From the NCBI GenBank assembly GCA_013239625.1, contig MU053557.1:4432123-4496122 (forward strand): a DNA stretch of 64,000 bases, in the 5' to 3' direction. The stretch comes from Lama guanicoe (Eukaryota). Both the position numbers and the translations under genes were made by a program. Under the pieces are notes generated by a model that made no database searches, was not told where the DNA came from, and saw only the letters and a list, made by a program, of their open reading frames with translations. Shown one piece after another: positions 12,076-24,215 of this stretch (position 1 is the stretch's first letter; the number at the start of each line of letters is the position of its first letter).

Positions 12076-13584
12076 ACTAAATTTTAATTCCCTGAGGGAG
12101 TTAAATAGGATAAAAAAAGGAAAAGAGCTCCCAGGAAGTCACTGGTTAGTCATAAAAAAGCAGGTTCAGTGCCAGAGTGGTGGCAGAGGAGAGTCAAAAA
12201 CGAGTGAGGTCAGAAGTGTAGTCAGCAGCAGCCTCTGTTCTCTGCCTGTATGTCCGATGGACAAGGAGCCAGAGAAGAGAAGAAACTGGGGGTGCTGCAG
12301 AACCCCTGAAAGAAGGTCCAGGGAGGGAGGAGGAAAGAGTAAGGTCAATCCGGTGAAGAAAATACATTTATCGGGAAGGAAGGAGGGACGGAGGGAGGGA
12401 GATGGTGGTTGACAATCCTAAGAGTTCTGAGAAAATGATGGGTGGCCTCCTCCTCATTGGAGGTGATTTCCTGATCGGGCAGGTGGAGTGGGGAGGGGGT
12501 GAGCTCAGGCTGGAGGCGGGAGGAGATTAGAGGACCTGATTTCTGACTCCTCAGAAGGGATGGTAAGGAGTTCCTCCTCATGACCCCCCACTTCCAGCAG
12601 GTAGAGCCACCCCCTCATCCCGTTCCTGGACGCCCCATTCCAGTTTTCCAGGCTTCTCTGTGTCAGCCCACCCTCAGCTCTTTCCAGACACAACTCTTTG
12701 TTTGCGCAGTGTCCCTGGGGATGTGAAGGTGAGGAAGGGCAGAGGGTGGGTGGCCTGTGGCTACGCTGCTAACAATGCGGCTTCCGGGTATTTGTCCCTG
12801 GTGGAATAGAACTTTTTTGGTTGTTAAGGGAGAGAGAATAGTCTAAGCGCTCTACAGTATACTAGAAGTGCCTCAAGGTTCTCAGAGCCAAAGTCTTTCC
12901 TCACACCCTGGGTCAACTGGGGACTATCAGACCATGTGTCCTGATTTTTCTGTCGGAAACTATAACCAGCAACTCATTAGTATTGATAGTGCTGATGATT
13001 TCATTACTGCTAAAATCATCCTCAGTAAATGATACTCGGAATGTGGAAGGAGAGAAGGAAATGTGGAAAAGAGGAGGAGAGAAGTGAGAACAGGGCAGGA
13101 GAGGCGAGTCTCCAAATCTCAGAAGGAAGTAGAGAGGGGCAGGCGATAAATGGGTGTCCTGCAGCTGGACCAAGAGGGTTTAGGATCCCGGGTGAAGAAT
13201 TTTAGTTGTTTTCTTTAGGTGGTGAGAGGTGCTAGAAGCCTGAGGTCTCCAAGCCGGGACCCATCCTCTCCCTCGCAAACCTGGAGGCTGGCTCAGAGAA
13301 TGAGCAACATGCACACACACAGTTCCTGCTCCACTCCAGTCAAAGCGTCTAACGTAGGGTGTGCTGAGGAGCCCGCACCCCTACCTGGGGGAGTGGGGCA
13401 GGATGGCTCTGCTGGGCTGGACTGAGTCAAGGTCTATGCCAGCTGACATTTAGGCAAGAGGAAATCAGCTGACAGTCATCTAGCACCCAGTGACAGCGAG
13501 CCTTTGAATTAACAACCCGTGTAAGTCTTCACACTTCACTCCAACAAAGGGAAGGTGAAATCCTTCTGGAACAGTATCTGCCAC

Positions 13585-13850
13585 AGTACTTCCTCATAAC
13601 TCTAGTCCCCACATACGTTTTTGGAAAGACAAACATAGCTCTGTGACCAAAAGAGATGCATAAATGCTGCATTCTACAGCTGCTCTGGAAAAGTTACCAC
13701 ATACGTTAATACATTAAAGTCGCTGAGAAATCCTGCAGTGACTGAACTTTGTTCAACCTAGTATTGCACAAAATTACATCACCAGGGAACACTTTGTTCC
13801 ATATCATGCTGAGGACAATGGCTCTCAGACATTTTTGCTCACAGTACACT
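13585..13850 (+). mobile_element. MER112-like hAT-Charlie DNA transposon
   Basis: CATTAAAGTCGCTGAGAAATCCTGCAGTGACTGAACTTTGTTCAACCTAG matches the recalled MER112 core. Confidence 0.65.
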
Positions 13851-14827
13851 TTCAAATTCTGGAATTTGGGGCAGCACACTTGAAACCAGTAACGCGGGCA
13901 ATGTGCACGGACGGGTCCGGGGTTGTTCAGCAAGGTCTCTCCACAGGGCAGTCAGAACTCCATGTTCATTCAGGGCCCCTCAGTCCTGAGGTGAAAGCTG
14001 ACTTGAACTTGGCTCTGCCCTGATCATGCTTTCTGATAAATTCCCAAAACAAAGTCGCCAGCTATTCTAGTAAAGCCTTTCTTGGAATGCCTCAGCATCA
14101 CAGCACACCTCTTCACAGCCAGTGACCCCACTCTGCAGGACATCACACCATCCACTTAGCTCAGAGTTCTCCCCTGCAGGCATCTTTGCCGTAGTGTGAT
14201 GCGCAGCTGAAGCAAAAATAAATTTTACACACTTTGAAAAAAGTTTGGCAGCACATCTGTCAATAATTTAAACCACACAAGCTGAGAGCACTGGCTCTGG
14301 AACTGGTATTCTAAGAAGTAAAGTAGGAGGGCTGTTGAGAAGAGGCATGAGGTTATCTTGGGGCTGATCCTTGCTCCCCAAGAGGCATGGAGGGCTGGGT
14401 AGGGGAGGGAGGCAGGGCTACTGGACCCCTGGGAGCCAACATCCAAAGTCCTCCAAAACACAGAGACAGAAAGTAGTGTATAAATCCCATTTTCCTGCTT
14501 CCAATTCTTTAAACAACAAATCTTATTGGCAAGGTTTCAGTATTTATTTATTTAATTACATGCTTGCGATTATTTTTTAAGCAAACTAGCAGAAAAATAT
14601 GGTCATCCTTAATTAATTAATCCTCATCAGAGAACTGTGATGTATAGAAAGCCAGCAGACAAGAGCAAAGACCCCTGTACCCTCTTCCTGGCTCTGCCAC
14701 TAGATGAGTAAGTAGCTTCACCCCCTGAGGCTCAATTTCCTTAGCAGCAAAAAGAAGGGCTGAATTTGGTAACTTCTAGAACCATTTCAAAGTTGGTATT
14801 ACTCTGATTTCTAAAATGTGCAAAGGA

Positions 14828-14972
14828 GGGGAGGGTATAGGTCAGTGGTAGAGTTCACATCTAGCATGTAGGAGGTCCTGGGTTCAATCCCCAGTACTTC
14901 TGCTAAAAAATAAATAAATAAACTTAATTACCTCCCCCGCAAAAATTTTTTTTAAATTTTAAAAATTAAAAA
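14828..14972 (+). mobile_element. Camelid tRNA-derived SINE (Vic-1 type)
   Basis: GGGGAGGGTATAGGTCAGTGGTAGAG (A box)...GGTTCAATCCC (B box)...AATAAATAAACTTAATTACCTCCCCC and an A-rich tail. Confidence 0.9.
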
Positions 14973-15079
14973 ACAATGATACTGGGAAAATTGGACAAAT
15001 ACCAAAGAATGAAACCAGACTCCTCTCTTACATCATATACAAAAATCAGTTCAAAATGAATTAAAAACTTAAATTTAAA
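14973..15079 (+). mobile_element. Internal L1 ORF2 fragment fused 3' of the SINE
   Basis: CTGGGAAAATTGGACA...AAGAATGAAACCAGACTCCTCTCTTACATCATATACAAAAATCAGTTCAAAATGAATTAAAAACTTAAAT is L1 ORF2 sequence. Confidence 0.85.
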
Positions 15080-15164
15080 AAAATGTGCAAGAAATGGTTC
15101 TAGAATTAACACCAAAAAAGCAAATGAAGGGTGGTGAACAAAATAATTATTTAATGATTATTAC

Positions 15165-15400
15165 TTACCATTAGCATTTATTGAAAACAATGTGCCAGCA
15201 TTGTTCCAAGTTCTTTGGAAGTTAGTATCTATTTAGTCTAACAGCATCCCTGTGAAGTAGATATTATTATTATTACCTTGTTTTACAGATATTAAGATAT
15301 TAATCGCTCAGAGAGATTAAAAGGCTTGGCCAGGACAACACCGATAATAAATAGAGGAGCTAGGATTTGAATTTAGCAACTTGACTCTAGAGCTACTATG
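15165..15400 (-). mobile_element. MIR SINE
   Basis: GCATTTATTGAAAACAATGTGCCAG...TTTTACAGAT...GCTCAGAGAGATTAA...GAGCTAGGATTTGAA. Confidence 0.75.
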
Positions 15401-15634
15401 ATTGTAGATTTTCCAAAATAATCAAGCTTCAAAGTACAGTAACAGATGCTGGTGTATCTTTTTATATGAAATGTTGTGAAATATAAATCTAGAAAAGAAA
15501 ACTCAAATACCCAAAAGGGGAAGACTTAAAAGGGGCCGATTCGATAACAAAACTAAATTGTCCTTCCAGAACACAGACTGAAATCTACTTCACTCGTGCC
15601 CCGGTGGCCTGACACTTTGGACCTGGGTTGGTAA

Positions 15635-15648
15635 GTTGCCATGGCAAG
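15635..15648. promoter_or_regulatory. RFX X-box candidate GTTGCCATGGCAAG
   Basis: 13/14 match to the palindromic X-box GTTGCCATGGCAAC; motif evidence only. Confidence 0.5.
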
Positions 15649-16589
15649 GTTCCAGAGCTGGGTTCAGGAAGGAGTGAGGTAAGCTGCAGGGTAAGCCCCA
15701 GAGGGAGGAAGCTGGCAGGCATCCAGGGGAAGGTGGTGTGAGTGGACAATGGAAACTTAGAACCCATGCATCATGGAGCTACTACTAGGAAGCCTAGAGG
15801 TCATCCCATCAAAGCTCCCACCCAAATCAGGCATTCCCTTTACAACACCCTGGTGGGTGTTTATCCAGCCTTGCCTGAGCATTCCCAGAGATGGAGCTTG
15901 CTCCGATTACCAGAGAACCTTTTCTACTGAAGGACACCTGAAGATGTTAAAAAGCTCCATTCCTTTAATGAGACAAAATACGCTTCATGGTGTTTCTACC
16001 CTGGGCCCTGGTTCTGCCTCCAGGGGACCCAAAAATAACATGTAATTCCTCCTTCCTATGACAGGCTTCAGAAATTAGGAGGCACACTGAGTCTTTTACC
16101 AGCACGCTAAAGAGATTGGCCCCTGCGGACATTCCTGCTGGGGCAGGTCTTGTCCCATGACCGTCTCAGTTGCCATCCTGTGGGCACCATCAGACTGACC
16201 AAGGCCCACAACTTACTCAACTTGGTGGTCCTTTGTAGGACCTAGCCCAGGACCTGCCACACTGAAGTAGGCACAATGTCATTTTTCATTTCAATGGAAC
16301 TGAACAAGGAAACTCCAAGAGGAAAATACGGCAAAAAGAGAGGGCCTGGGTCCTTGGAAGCATCACTTAGGCAGCATCTAGACCCACGTCTAGACCTGGG
16401 ATCACTTTCCAGATCCTCCCTGAGGGGAGCCATTTTCACCACATGCTGGAGTTGGGAATATGGGGACACTAATTCCTGCCCAAGACTTGAAAGGGGCATT
16501 TTGGGGATCAGCATTATGACACAGTGCTGAGCCCAAGGCCTGGACCACAGTAGCTACCAGATAAACACTGAACAAATGAATGAGCAATA

Positions 16590-16832
16590 GCGGCTTATTC
16601 TGCACCCACTATGTGCCAAGTTCTTATGTGTATTGTGCATATTACCTGATTCAAACTTTGCAGCTCCATGATTAAAATATTAATATACCCATTTTACAGA
16701 TGAGGAAACTGAGAATCCAAGAGGTTAGGAAACGTGCCCAAAGTGTCTCACCTATCAAGTGGAAAAGCCACAATTCAAACCCAGACTTGCCCATCTTTAA
16801 AGGCCATTGCTTCTAACTGCATCACACTGCTT
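16590..16832 (-). mobile_element. MIR SINE
   Basis: CCCCATTTTACAGATGAGGAAACTGAGAATCCAAGAGGTTAGGAAACGTGCCCAAAG core. Confidence 0.85.
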
Positions 16833-17904
16833 CCTAAGGGAAAAAATGAAAGAGAGACAGACAGTCAGGGAAACAGACAGAATGACAGAGAGACAGGAAA
16901 AAGAAAGAGGATGTAAGATAGCTTTTTGAACAATAAAACTCCCTGTAAAAGGAAGCACTGAGACCTGTTTGAGAGGAGCCCTCTCTAGAGCAGCCACATC
17001 TAGGTTTTCTAAACTGGAAATCAGGGGTGGAAAATTCCAGATTCTGATGTCCCTGCTTGGCACACAGAGGCTGTTGTGAGTCTGAGTTTTCATAGTTCTG
17101 GAGTTCCCTGTGTTTACAGGAACTTGAAGACACAGCTTTGTCCCTATTAAAGTCAAGAGACCCAGGCCAGGCCAGCCATCAAAGTCCACCAGGTTGCACC
17201 CTGATCCCTTGGCATCACCTCCTCCACCCTAGGCATTTCCTCCGGGCCCTGCCAGCTTCCACTGTGTCCCTCAAACATCAGCAAAGACACCATTGTTTAG
17301 CTTATGCCCCAATTCTGGGCACAAGGATTTTACAGGGCACATGTCCTGTGCTCAGCTTTGTGTTTAACACCTGTGCTAAAAGAAACCACAGCTGGAATCC
17401 ACTATCCCAGAGGTGCATACACTACTGGGGGACGCTGAGGCATGGAGGCCACTTTGAACAGGATAAGGAGCCAGTCTCTATATCAAGAGAGCAGTGCTCC
17501 ACAGTCCATTCCCTTCAAATCAGCTGGAAGGATCTGACTTAAAAGCCAAGCCAAACCTCATCACTTTCCTGTTCTTCTGCTCGAAACTCTCATGGCTCAC
17601 CACTGTGTTTAGAATACAAACTAAATTTCCATGAGGCCTGTCAGATTCCCTTGCCCCCCCCCCCAGCCTTGCCCTGTGCTCCCTGGCTCTTGCACCTGTC
17701 AATTTTCAGAGTCTCAAACTCATGCTTCTGCCTGCCTCGGGTGCATGCTGGTCCCGCTGTGCAGAATGAGTTCTCTTCTCCTGCTCCATAGACCACCAAC
17801 TCTTCCTCTTCCTTCTAAACCTCATGCCCTCAAGGCAGACACCTTGTTATAAGCCCTCAAAGCAGCTCTACTCCTTCCCCGCACACTTTAAATTATCTGG
17901 GTTT

Positions 17905-18708
17905 TGTGACTTGTAGTATAATTGACTTAAAATACTATGTTAGTTCTAGGTATACAACATAGTGATTCAATATTTTTACACATAATAAAATGATTACCAC
18001 AATAAGTCTAGTTGCCACCTGTCACCACACAAAGTTATTATGATATTACTGACTATATTCCCTATGCTGTGCATGACATTCCTGTGACTTATTTATAACC
18101 AGAAGTTTATACCTCTTAATCCTCTTCACCACCTATTTCACCCATCCCCCTCCCCTCTGGCAACCACCAGTTTGTATCTTTAAGTCTGTTTTGGTTTTGC
18201 TATGTTTGTTCATTTGCTTTGTTTTTTAAATTCCACATAAAAGTGAAGTCATACAGTATTTGTCTACCTGTGATTTATTTTACTTTGCATAATACCCTCA
18301 AGGTCTCTCCACATTGTCGGAAATAGCAAGAGTTTGTTCTTCTTTATGGCTGAGTAATATTCCGTTGTATATACACACCATATCTTCTTTAGCAATTCAT
18401 CTATCAATGAATGTTTAGGTTGCTTCCACATCTTGTCTACTGTAAATAACGCTGCAATAAACACTGGCTGCATATGTCTTTTCGAGTTAGCATTTTATTC
18501 AGATAATTACCCAGAATTAAAATTGCTAGGTCATATGATAGCTCTATTTTTAACTTTTTGAGGAACGTCCATACCGTTTTCCATGGTGGCTGCACCAATT
18601 TACTCTCCTACCAATAGTGCACCAGTTTCCATTTACTCCACAAACTTGCCAGCATTTGTTATCGCTTGTCTTTTTGGTAATAGCCATTCTGACCGGTGTG
18701 AAGTGATA
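17905..18708 (-). mobile_element. L1MA-like 3' end (ORF2 end and 3'UTR) inside L2 remnants
   Basis: ORF 18264..18473(-) FIAALFTVDKMWKQPK...EYYSAIKKN is L1 ORF2; TAGCCATTCTGACCGGTGTGAAGTGATA. Confidence 0.9.
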
Positions 18709-19909
18709 GTCCACAGCAGTTTTTAAAGATCTGTTTAGTCAGTCTCCCCTGATTTATCTGAGCTCCATGAAACCGCAGCCTGTATCCGCTGTGCTCAGGG
18801 TTCTCCCCTAGGAGCTAGAGTAGTGATGGAAGAAGCATTTGAGGGTATGCAGGCATTCTAGCCTAGCCGTTGGCTATCGCTGGCTGTATGCCTCTGGCAA
18901 ACCCCTCCCCATCTGGAGGTCTCAGTTTCACCAACTAGAAAATGAGGCAGGTGGGCTGGGTAACCTCCGAGAACTCTCACCATCCCAACGTTCTAGGTTG
19001 AACAACTTGAGAACACTTAACAGCGTAGCATCAGCTCGAGGCAAAACAATTTCAGAGCAACACCACCCGTGAAGGAGGACCCTGGGAATGTAACTCCCTC
19101 CCGTGGTATGGGCCGTGTTTACAAAGTAAACCCAAGAAATCACCATAAATCATTCCAAGTGGAGCTGCCTGGGCTGAAACACCAAGACAAAAATACCTCC
19201 TGGCACAGCAACCCTGGGCCCCACCCAGCCGATGAGAAGCAGGGCCAGCCAGTGCTGCACCCTCTGAAAAGTCACTTGTGGGTTTTTCTTTCCACACTGG
19301 GCCCCTCTGCAGAGCTTCTCTCCTACCCTTCAGACCCCTAACCCCTACTAGGACCTCCACTGTTCTAGTGCCTGGCAAAGAGGAAATGATACGAAAAAAG
19401 ACAAAAGATTGCGTTCTTAGTCAACCACTTCTGAGATGGATGTCACTCTCAGTATATGTTTCCTATGTTCTAATCTGATCTGTCAAATGGGGGTTGTACC
19501 ATCTGTTCTAATGATCTTGAAAAAACACAGAGGGGAAATACTTTGAAAATCTTAAAAGGCTATATAACAAATGCAAGGGTTGCTTTCGGCCATAGTTTCC
19601 AACCTGCTGGCTTACTAAAACGCAGCCACCAAGAATCTCTGTATTTTATCTGTAACTGGGGAATGGAAGGCTTGGTCACAGAATCCCCAGGCAACCAAGT
19701 CCAAGTCACAGTATCTCAGGCATCCGAGTACCAGGCTGTTGAATCTTCCTAGACTGGCTCAGCTTGCCCTAAAGGTAGATCGAATTCAAGCTTTTCATCA
19801 TGTCCCTGAATCGGGGTCAGGGGCCCTAACTCTGCACCAGACCCAGTCCTAAGAGCTTCCCCTGGGTACAAAAACGCCTGAGTCCTGTGACTCTGGGCAC
19901 GTTGACAGT

Positions 19910-20130
19910 GTAGCTGAGGGGTTCAGAGCATGCACTCTGACGCCAGACAGTCCTTGGTTGAGTTCCTCTCTGCGCTGACCAGCTCTATAAGCTTCCCTTC
20001 CTCTTCAAGGAGACGAGGAGAGCTGAATGACTGACAGACTGACCTCACTGCTACAAGTGATGATGCACGTGAAGCAATTCGCTTTGTGAACACGTCACAT
20101 GTTAGGCATTCAAAAAATATAATGTTACTG
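19910..20130 (+). mobile_element. MIR SINE
   Basis: GGTTCAGAGCATGCACTCTGACGCCAGACAGTCCTTGGTTGAG... Confidence 0.6.
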
Positions 20131-20622
20131 TTATGGTATGTTGTCACTTTTTATTCCAGGGTCAGAGACCTGCTCTCACTCACCCACACACACCTCCACA
20201 CACGCACCCTGGTCTTCTCCAAATGCCCTGAGCACTCTTTCCACTTCCTGCCTTGTCCAGCTTTGCTGTGTCCTTCCTGTTTTCCTCTAACAACTCCCTG
20301 AGACAAACATTTCTAAATTTACCTTGTAACTGACCTTATTTTACTCAGTATTGCTCAGGACGTACATCTGAAAATGAAAGTTCTAGACAAAAAGTCGTGG
20401 TCAGTGAATATACCAAACTCAAGTACCACTAAGGAGACACCTGGGCACCCGAGAAACATGACACAGGAAATAGATTCCTGGCTCTTTGGGGCTGAGGTTT
20501 TCAGAACTGGCTTAGCCACCGATGACAATTGCCAAAGGATTTAACATCCCTGAAGTCTTAGTCTTCCTAGCTGTAAAACTAAAATATCTTTTTGCTTGTT
20601 TGCTTATAAGCCTTTTCTTCTA

Positions 20623-20664
20623 GCGAGACAAAAAAATATTTTGCGAGACAAAAAAATATTTTGC
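20623..20664. repeat. Perfect 20-bp tandem duplication
   Basis: GCGAGACAAAAAAATATTTT x2 followed by GC. Confidence 0.95.
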
Positions 20665-20999
20665 AGAAACTCAGTATGTAAAACATTTAACAGAATAACA
20701 GCTCTGGATATAGGAGAGGGAGGGCAGGCTCTTGACTGACAGCCTGCCTTATCTTCACACGGTCTTGTGCCTTTCTTGCACCCCTGGGGCAGCCTAGATG
20801 TCCCCACGTGCACCCATAAGGCTTCAGAGAGACCTGACGATGTGGCTCTTTGTGCCTCAGCTTCCTCAGCTGTTATATGGGAATAATAACTATTCCTACC
20901 TCAGAGGGTTGGCTATAAGAATTTAATGAGTTAATACATACAAAAGTCTTGGCACAGGAATCTGCAATCATGTAGATGCATCATAAAAACGTGCCCATG

Positions 21000-21144
21000 C
21001 ACAGGGAACCACATTCAATATCTTGTAATAACCTATAATGAAAAAAGAATATGAAAAATATATATGCATGTATAACTGAATCACTGTGCTGTACACCAGA
21101 AACTAAACACAACATTGTAAATCAACTACAATTAAAAAAAAAAA
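21000..21144 (+). mobile_element. Short younger L1 3'-end insertion
   Basis: CACAGGGAACCACATTCAATATCTTGTAATAACCTATAATG...TGCTGTACACCAGAAACT and poly(A); TSD AAAACGTGCCCATG / AAAAGCACCCATG. Confidence 0.9.
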
Positions 21145-23796
21145 GCACCCATGTAAGGAGATTGTGAACTACCCCCAGCACCCCACCTCCACTCTCTTCA
21201 GAACACAGGAGGAGATGTGATATTTCTTCACAAGATGGATAAATTCTGTTTCTGTTGAAAGCATGTTTTATAAAACAATATTTCTTTCATTCCTTGATTC
21301 ATTTGACAAACATTTACAGAGCTCCTATTCAATGCACCAAGGTTAGTATTAGGAATATAAATAGAAGAGACAAAGAAAGAGAGAACTCACATGAACAATG
21401 CCAGCCAGGCTGTGTTTAGTAGCTGGTGACCCATGCAGTCATTCATCCAACAAATATTTATTGTGCAACTACTATGACCCAGGCAGCATGCTGAGGACAC
21501 AATGACAGTGAAGAAAAATCAGTTCCCAGCCCTGTGGGGTTCGCTTTCTAAGGGTTATGGATAGGAGTGGCCAAGGAATTATGTGGAAAGAAAGATCCAC
21601 AGGAGCTGAGGATATGGGAGGTGGAGTAGAGGGACAGAAAAGCAACCAGAGAGCAGAGAATAAGATAGGACTTCAGCAGAGCTGATTCAAGAGAGGAGCA
21701 AAGGTGTAGCCCCAGGTGAGGTGGGGCTAAAGGGAACAGTGTGAGCCAAATTATTTATCCAAGGGATTTCCAAGAACACTACTATTTGCTCCTACTAATT
21801 TGTTCCTAGGAGGACACATACAACTTTTGGGGGAAACAGCTTTTTATATTTTAAATAAGCTCTTTTATAAACAATTATTGAAAGGTCATTTGACATAAGC
21901 AATGTGATTTTAAATAGATCCTAGCATTAATCTTCTCTTCATGAGAAACTGGCCAGGCTCTTGTTTCACAGAACTTCTCATTCTGGGAAATGAGTTTGAA
22001 AAAAATTAACTGCGTTTAAGGGGCACTGAGTATGACTTTCAATATGGTGCCCAAGATTTGTATTTAGGAAGGAGCTAAAGATATGGAGAAGATCCAAATT
22101 TGGATACTGGATTCTCACTAATTGAAGTTCCTCTCTCCAGACCCATTTCTTCTTTGGCAAAATGTGGAGCCTGATGCCTACCACAAAACGGGAATATCAC
22201 ACAAGATAACAGATGCCCAAGTGACCCATAGAAATTAAAGTACATAGAAATTACTCATATTTATGTTAATATAACTTCCTTTCTTTGTTTCCTTTGCCCC
22301 CAAGCATAACAAAATTGGATTATTTTCGTGACTCCTGTTTATTTTGTGTTACTAAGGAAGAATCAATATCTAACAATGGTGTTGCAATTGTCCTGGGCTC
22401 ACGTGTCACCAAGGAATCTCTAATATAATCTGTCAGGGAAGCCCATTCAAGCAGAGCCTTCTCAGGCTGATCCTAAGACACAGGGTGAGTAGGCTGGTTA
22501 AAGACAGCTCTTGGTGAAGCCACTGAGCCAGAGTCTAGCTTCCAGGACTCTGCTGTCTGCCCTTCACACACCACAGAACGCTTGAGTTTATGCCTTCAAA
22601 CCCACCCCCCTCCCTGGCTCTGTCCTTCCCAGTGTCCTCTCCTCCACCCGTCCACCACACCAGCCCCTTCCTTTCTCCCCATCTGAACCCACCGCCAACT
22701 CCCTGTGTGTCCTTCGATTGGTTAAGGTGTTTGACTTGGGGGTTTAGGGGGTTTTATCCATAAAAAGGACATGATGAGAAGAATCTCTACCCCATAGACT
22801 TGTTTTCGGGATTAAAGGTGGTCATGCATCGTAAGGACTTCACACAATTTGAGGCAACTGTCAGCACTCAAAGTCTTTGCTATTGTGACTATTCCCCCAG
22901 TATTTCCTTCCTTCCCACCTCCCCTCCCTCTCTGGCTTCCTTCTTCCCTGATCTGTCCCTCAGTGGCTCCCTCCTGCCTATCCACTGCCCCACTTCCTCC
23001 TGCCTTCCCCTCGTTCCCTGCCCTTGACCTCTGTGCCCCTGCCTCCCCTCACCCTGACAGCTTTGCCAGCCATGAGTCATGCGAGTTTGCTCCCACATTG
23101 GCTCCTGAAAGGCTCTGGCTGGGAGGCAGGCGGGCTGCAGAGGAGACACAAGCCGAGGCAGGAGAACAGTGCTGCCAGGGCCGCATTTGCCAGATGGAGC
23201 CAGCCCAGAACCTGACTTCAGGGAGCCTCCAGGACTTGAACATGCATTTTGGTGCCACCAGACATTATCTGGGGGAAGGATAAGAGTCCCAGAGTCCCTG
23301 AGGACTGGGAGAAAATAAGTTTTGTATTGCCCATCTTTGCTAAATGGGGAGAAAGATTGATTCTGATCATTTTTAAGCCGTTTTATTTAGTATCTAGGAA
23401 ACTCTCCACTGAGTCTTCTCTCAATCTGCAAGTGCCTTCTCATCTCCCTCTTCCGCCCCTCATTTCTCTCCCAGGCTGAATTTGGCACTGGACTCTAACA
23501 ATCCTCGGTCCCACGACACTGAAATTATCTTAGTCCTGTGCATGTGGGTTAGGAGCACATGATCAGGATGCAGACAGACCTAGGATTTAATACTATTTGC
23601 CAATTTGTTCTTGTGACCTTGCACAGGGTGTTTAATTTCTCTATGGGTTTATTTGCTCATTTACTCATTCGACAAATAATGGAGATGAGTACCATAAATG
23701 AAACACTGAGGAACTGAACTAAACATACTGGGGGCGGGGGTGCCGCAGGGCAGTGTGGAGACCTGTTTTAATGCAGTGAACAGAGATGGCCTAGAG

Positions 23797-24031
23797 CAGC
23801 AGTTCTCAACCTCAGAACAATTAACCTTTTGGGCCCAGTATGTCCTTCCTGGGGTGGGCGTGGAGCTGACCTGAGCATCACAGGATATTTGACAGCATCT
23901 GTGGCCTCCACCCTCCAGAAACCAGTAAACATCTCCCACGTTGTGACAACCAAAAATGCCTCCAAGACATTGCCAGTGTCCCCTGAGGAGTGGAAGAGAG
24001 GACCAAAATCACCCTGAGTTAAGAACCTGAG
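23797..24031 (+). mobile_element. MER20 hAT-Charlie DNA transposon
   Basis: CAGCAGTTCTCAACC start; GTTGTGACAACCAAAAATGCCTCCAAGACATTGCCA; 8-bp TSD GCCTAGAG (23789-23796) / GCTTAGAG (24032-24039). Confidence 0.85.
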
Positions 24032-24039
24032 GCTTAGAG

Positions 24040-24215
24040 TATGAGTCACACAGACTTGGGTTTGAGTCTTTCTTCTACCATCTGTTTGCCTTGGTGACTT
24101 TGAGCAGGTAACTAAGCCCTCTGAGCCTGTTTCCTTGTGGGTGTGATTTGGTGTTGCTGTGAGGAATAACATCTCTTAGTGCTGTTACGAGGAATAAATG
24201 AGATAAGCGAGATAA
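24040..24215 (+). mobile_element. MIR SINE
   Basis: GACTTGGGTTTGAG...GTGACTTTGAGCAGGTAACTAAGCCCTCTGAGCCTGTTTCCT. Confidence 0.7.

Noticed and set aside
12979..13036. Pre-miRNA-like hairpin or C/D box-like TGATGA
   Set aside because: AU/GU-rich, bulged, has competing folds, and resembles no miRNA or snoRNA I know.
14828..14900. tRNA gene
   Set aside because: A and B boxes are present, but the degenerate stems, SINE-specific 3' extension, A tail and TSD identify a SINE.
22305..22484. Plus-strand 180-nt exon candidate
   Set aside because: Stops in all three frames, an AAG acceptor and no other support.
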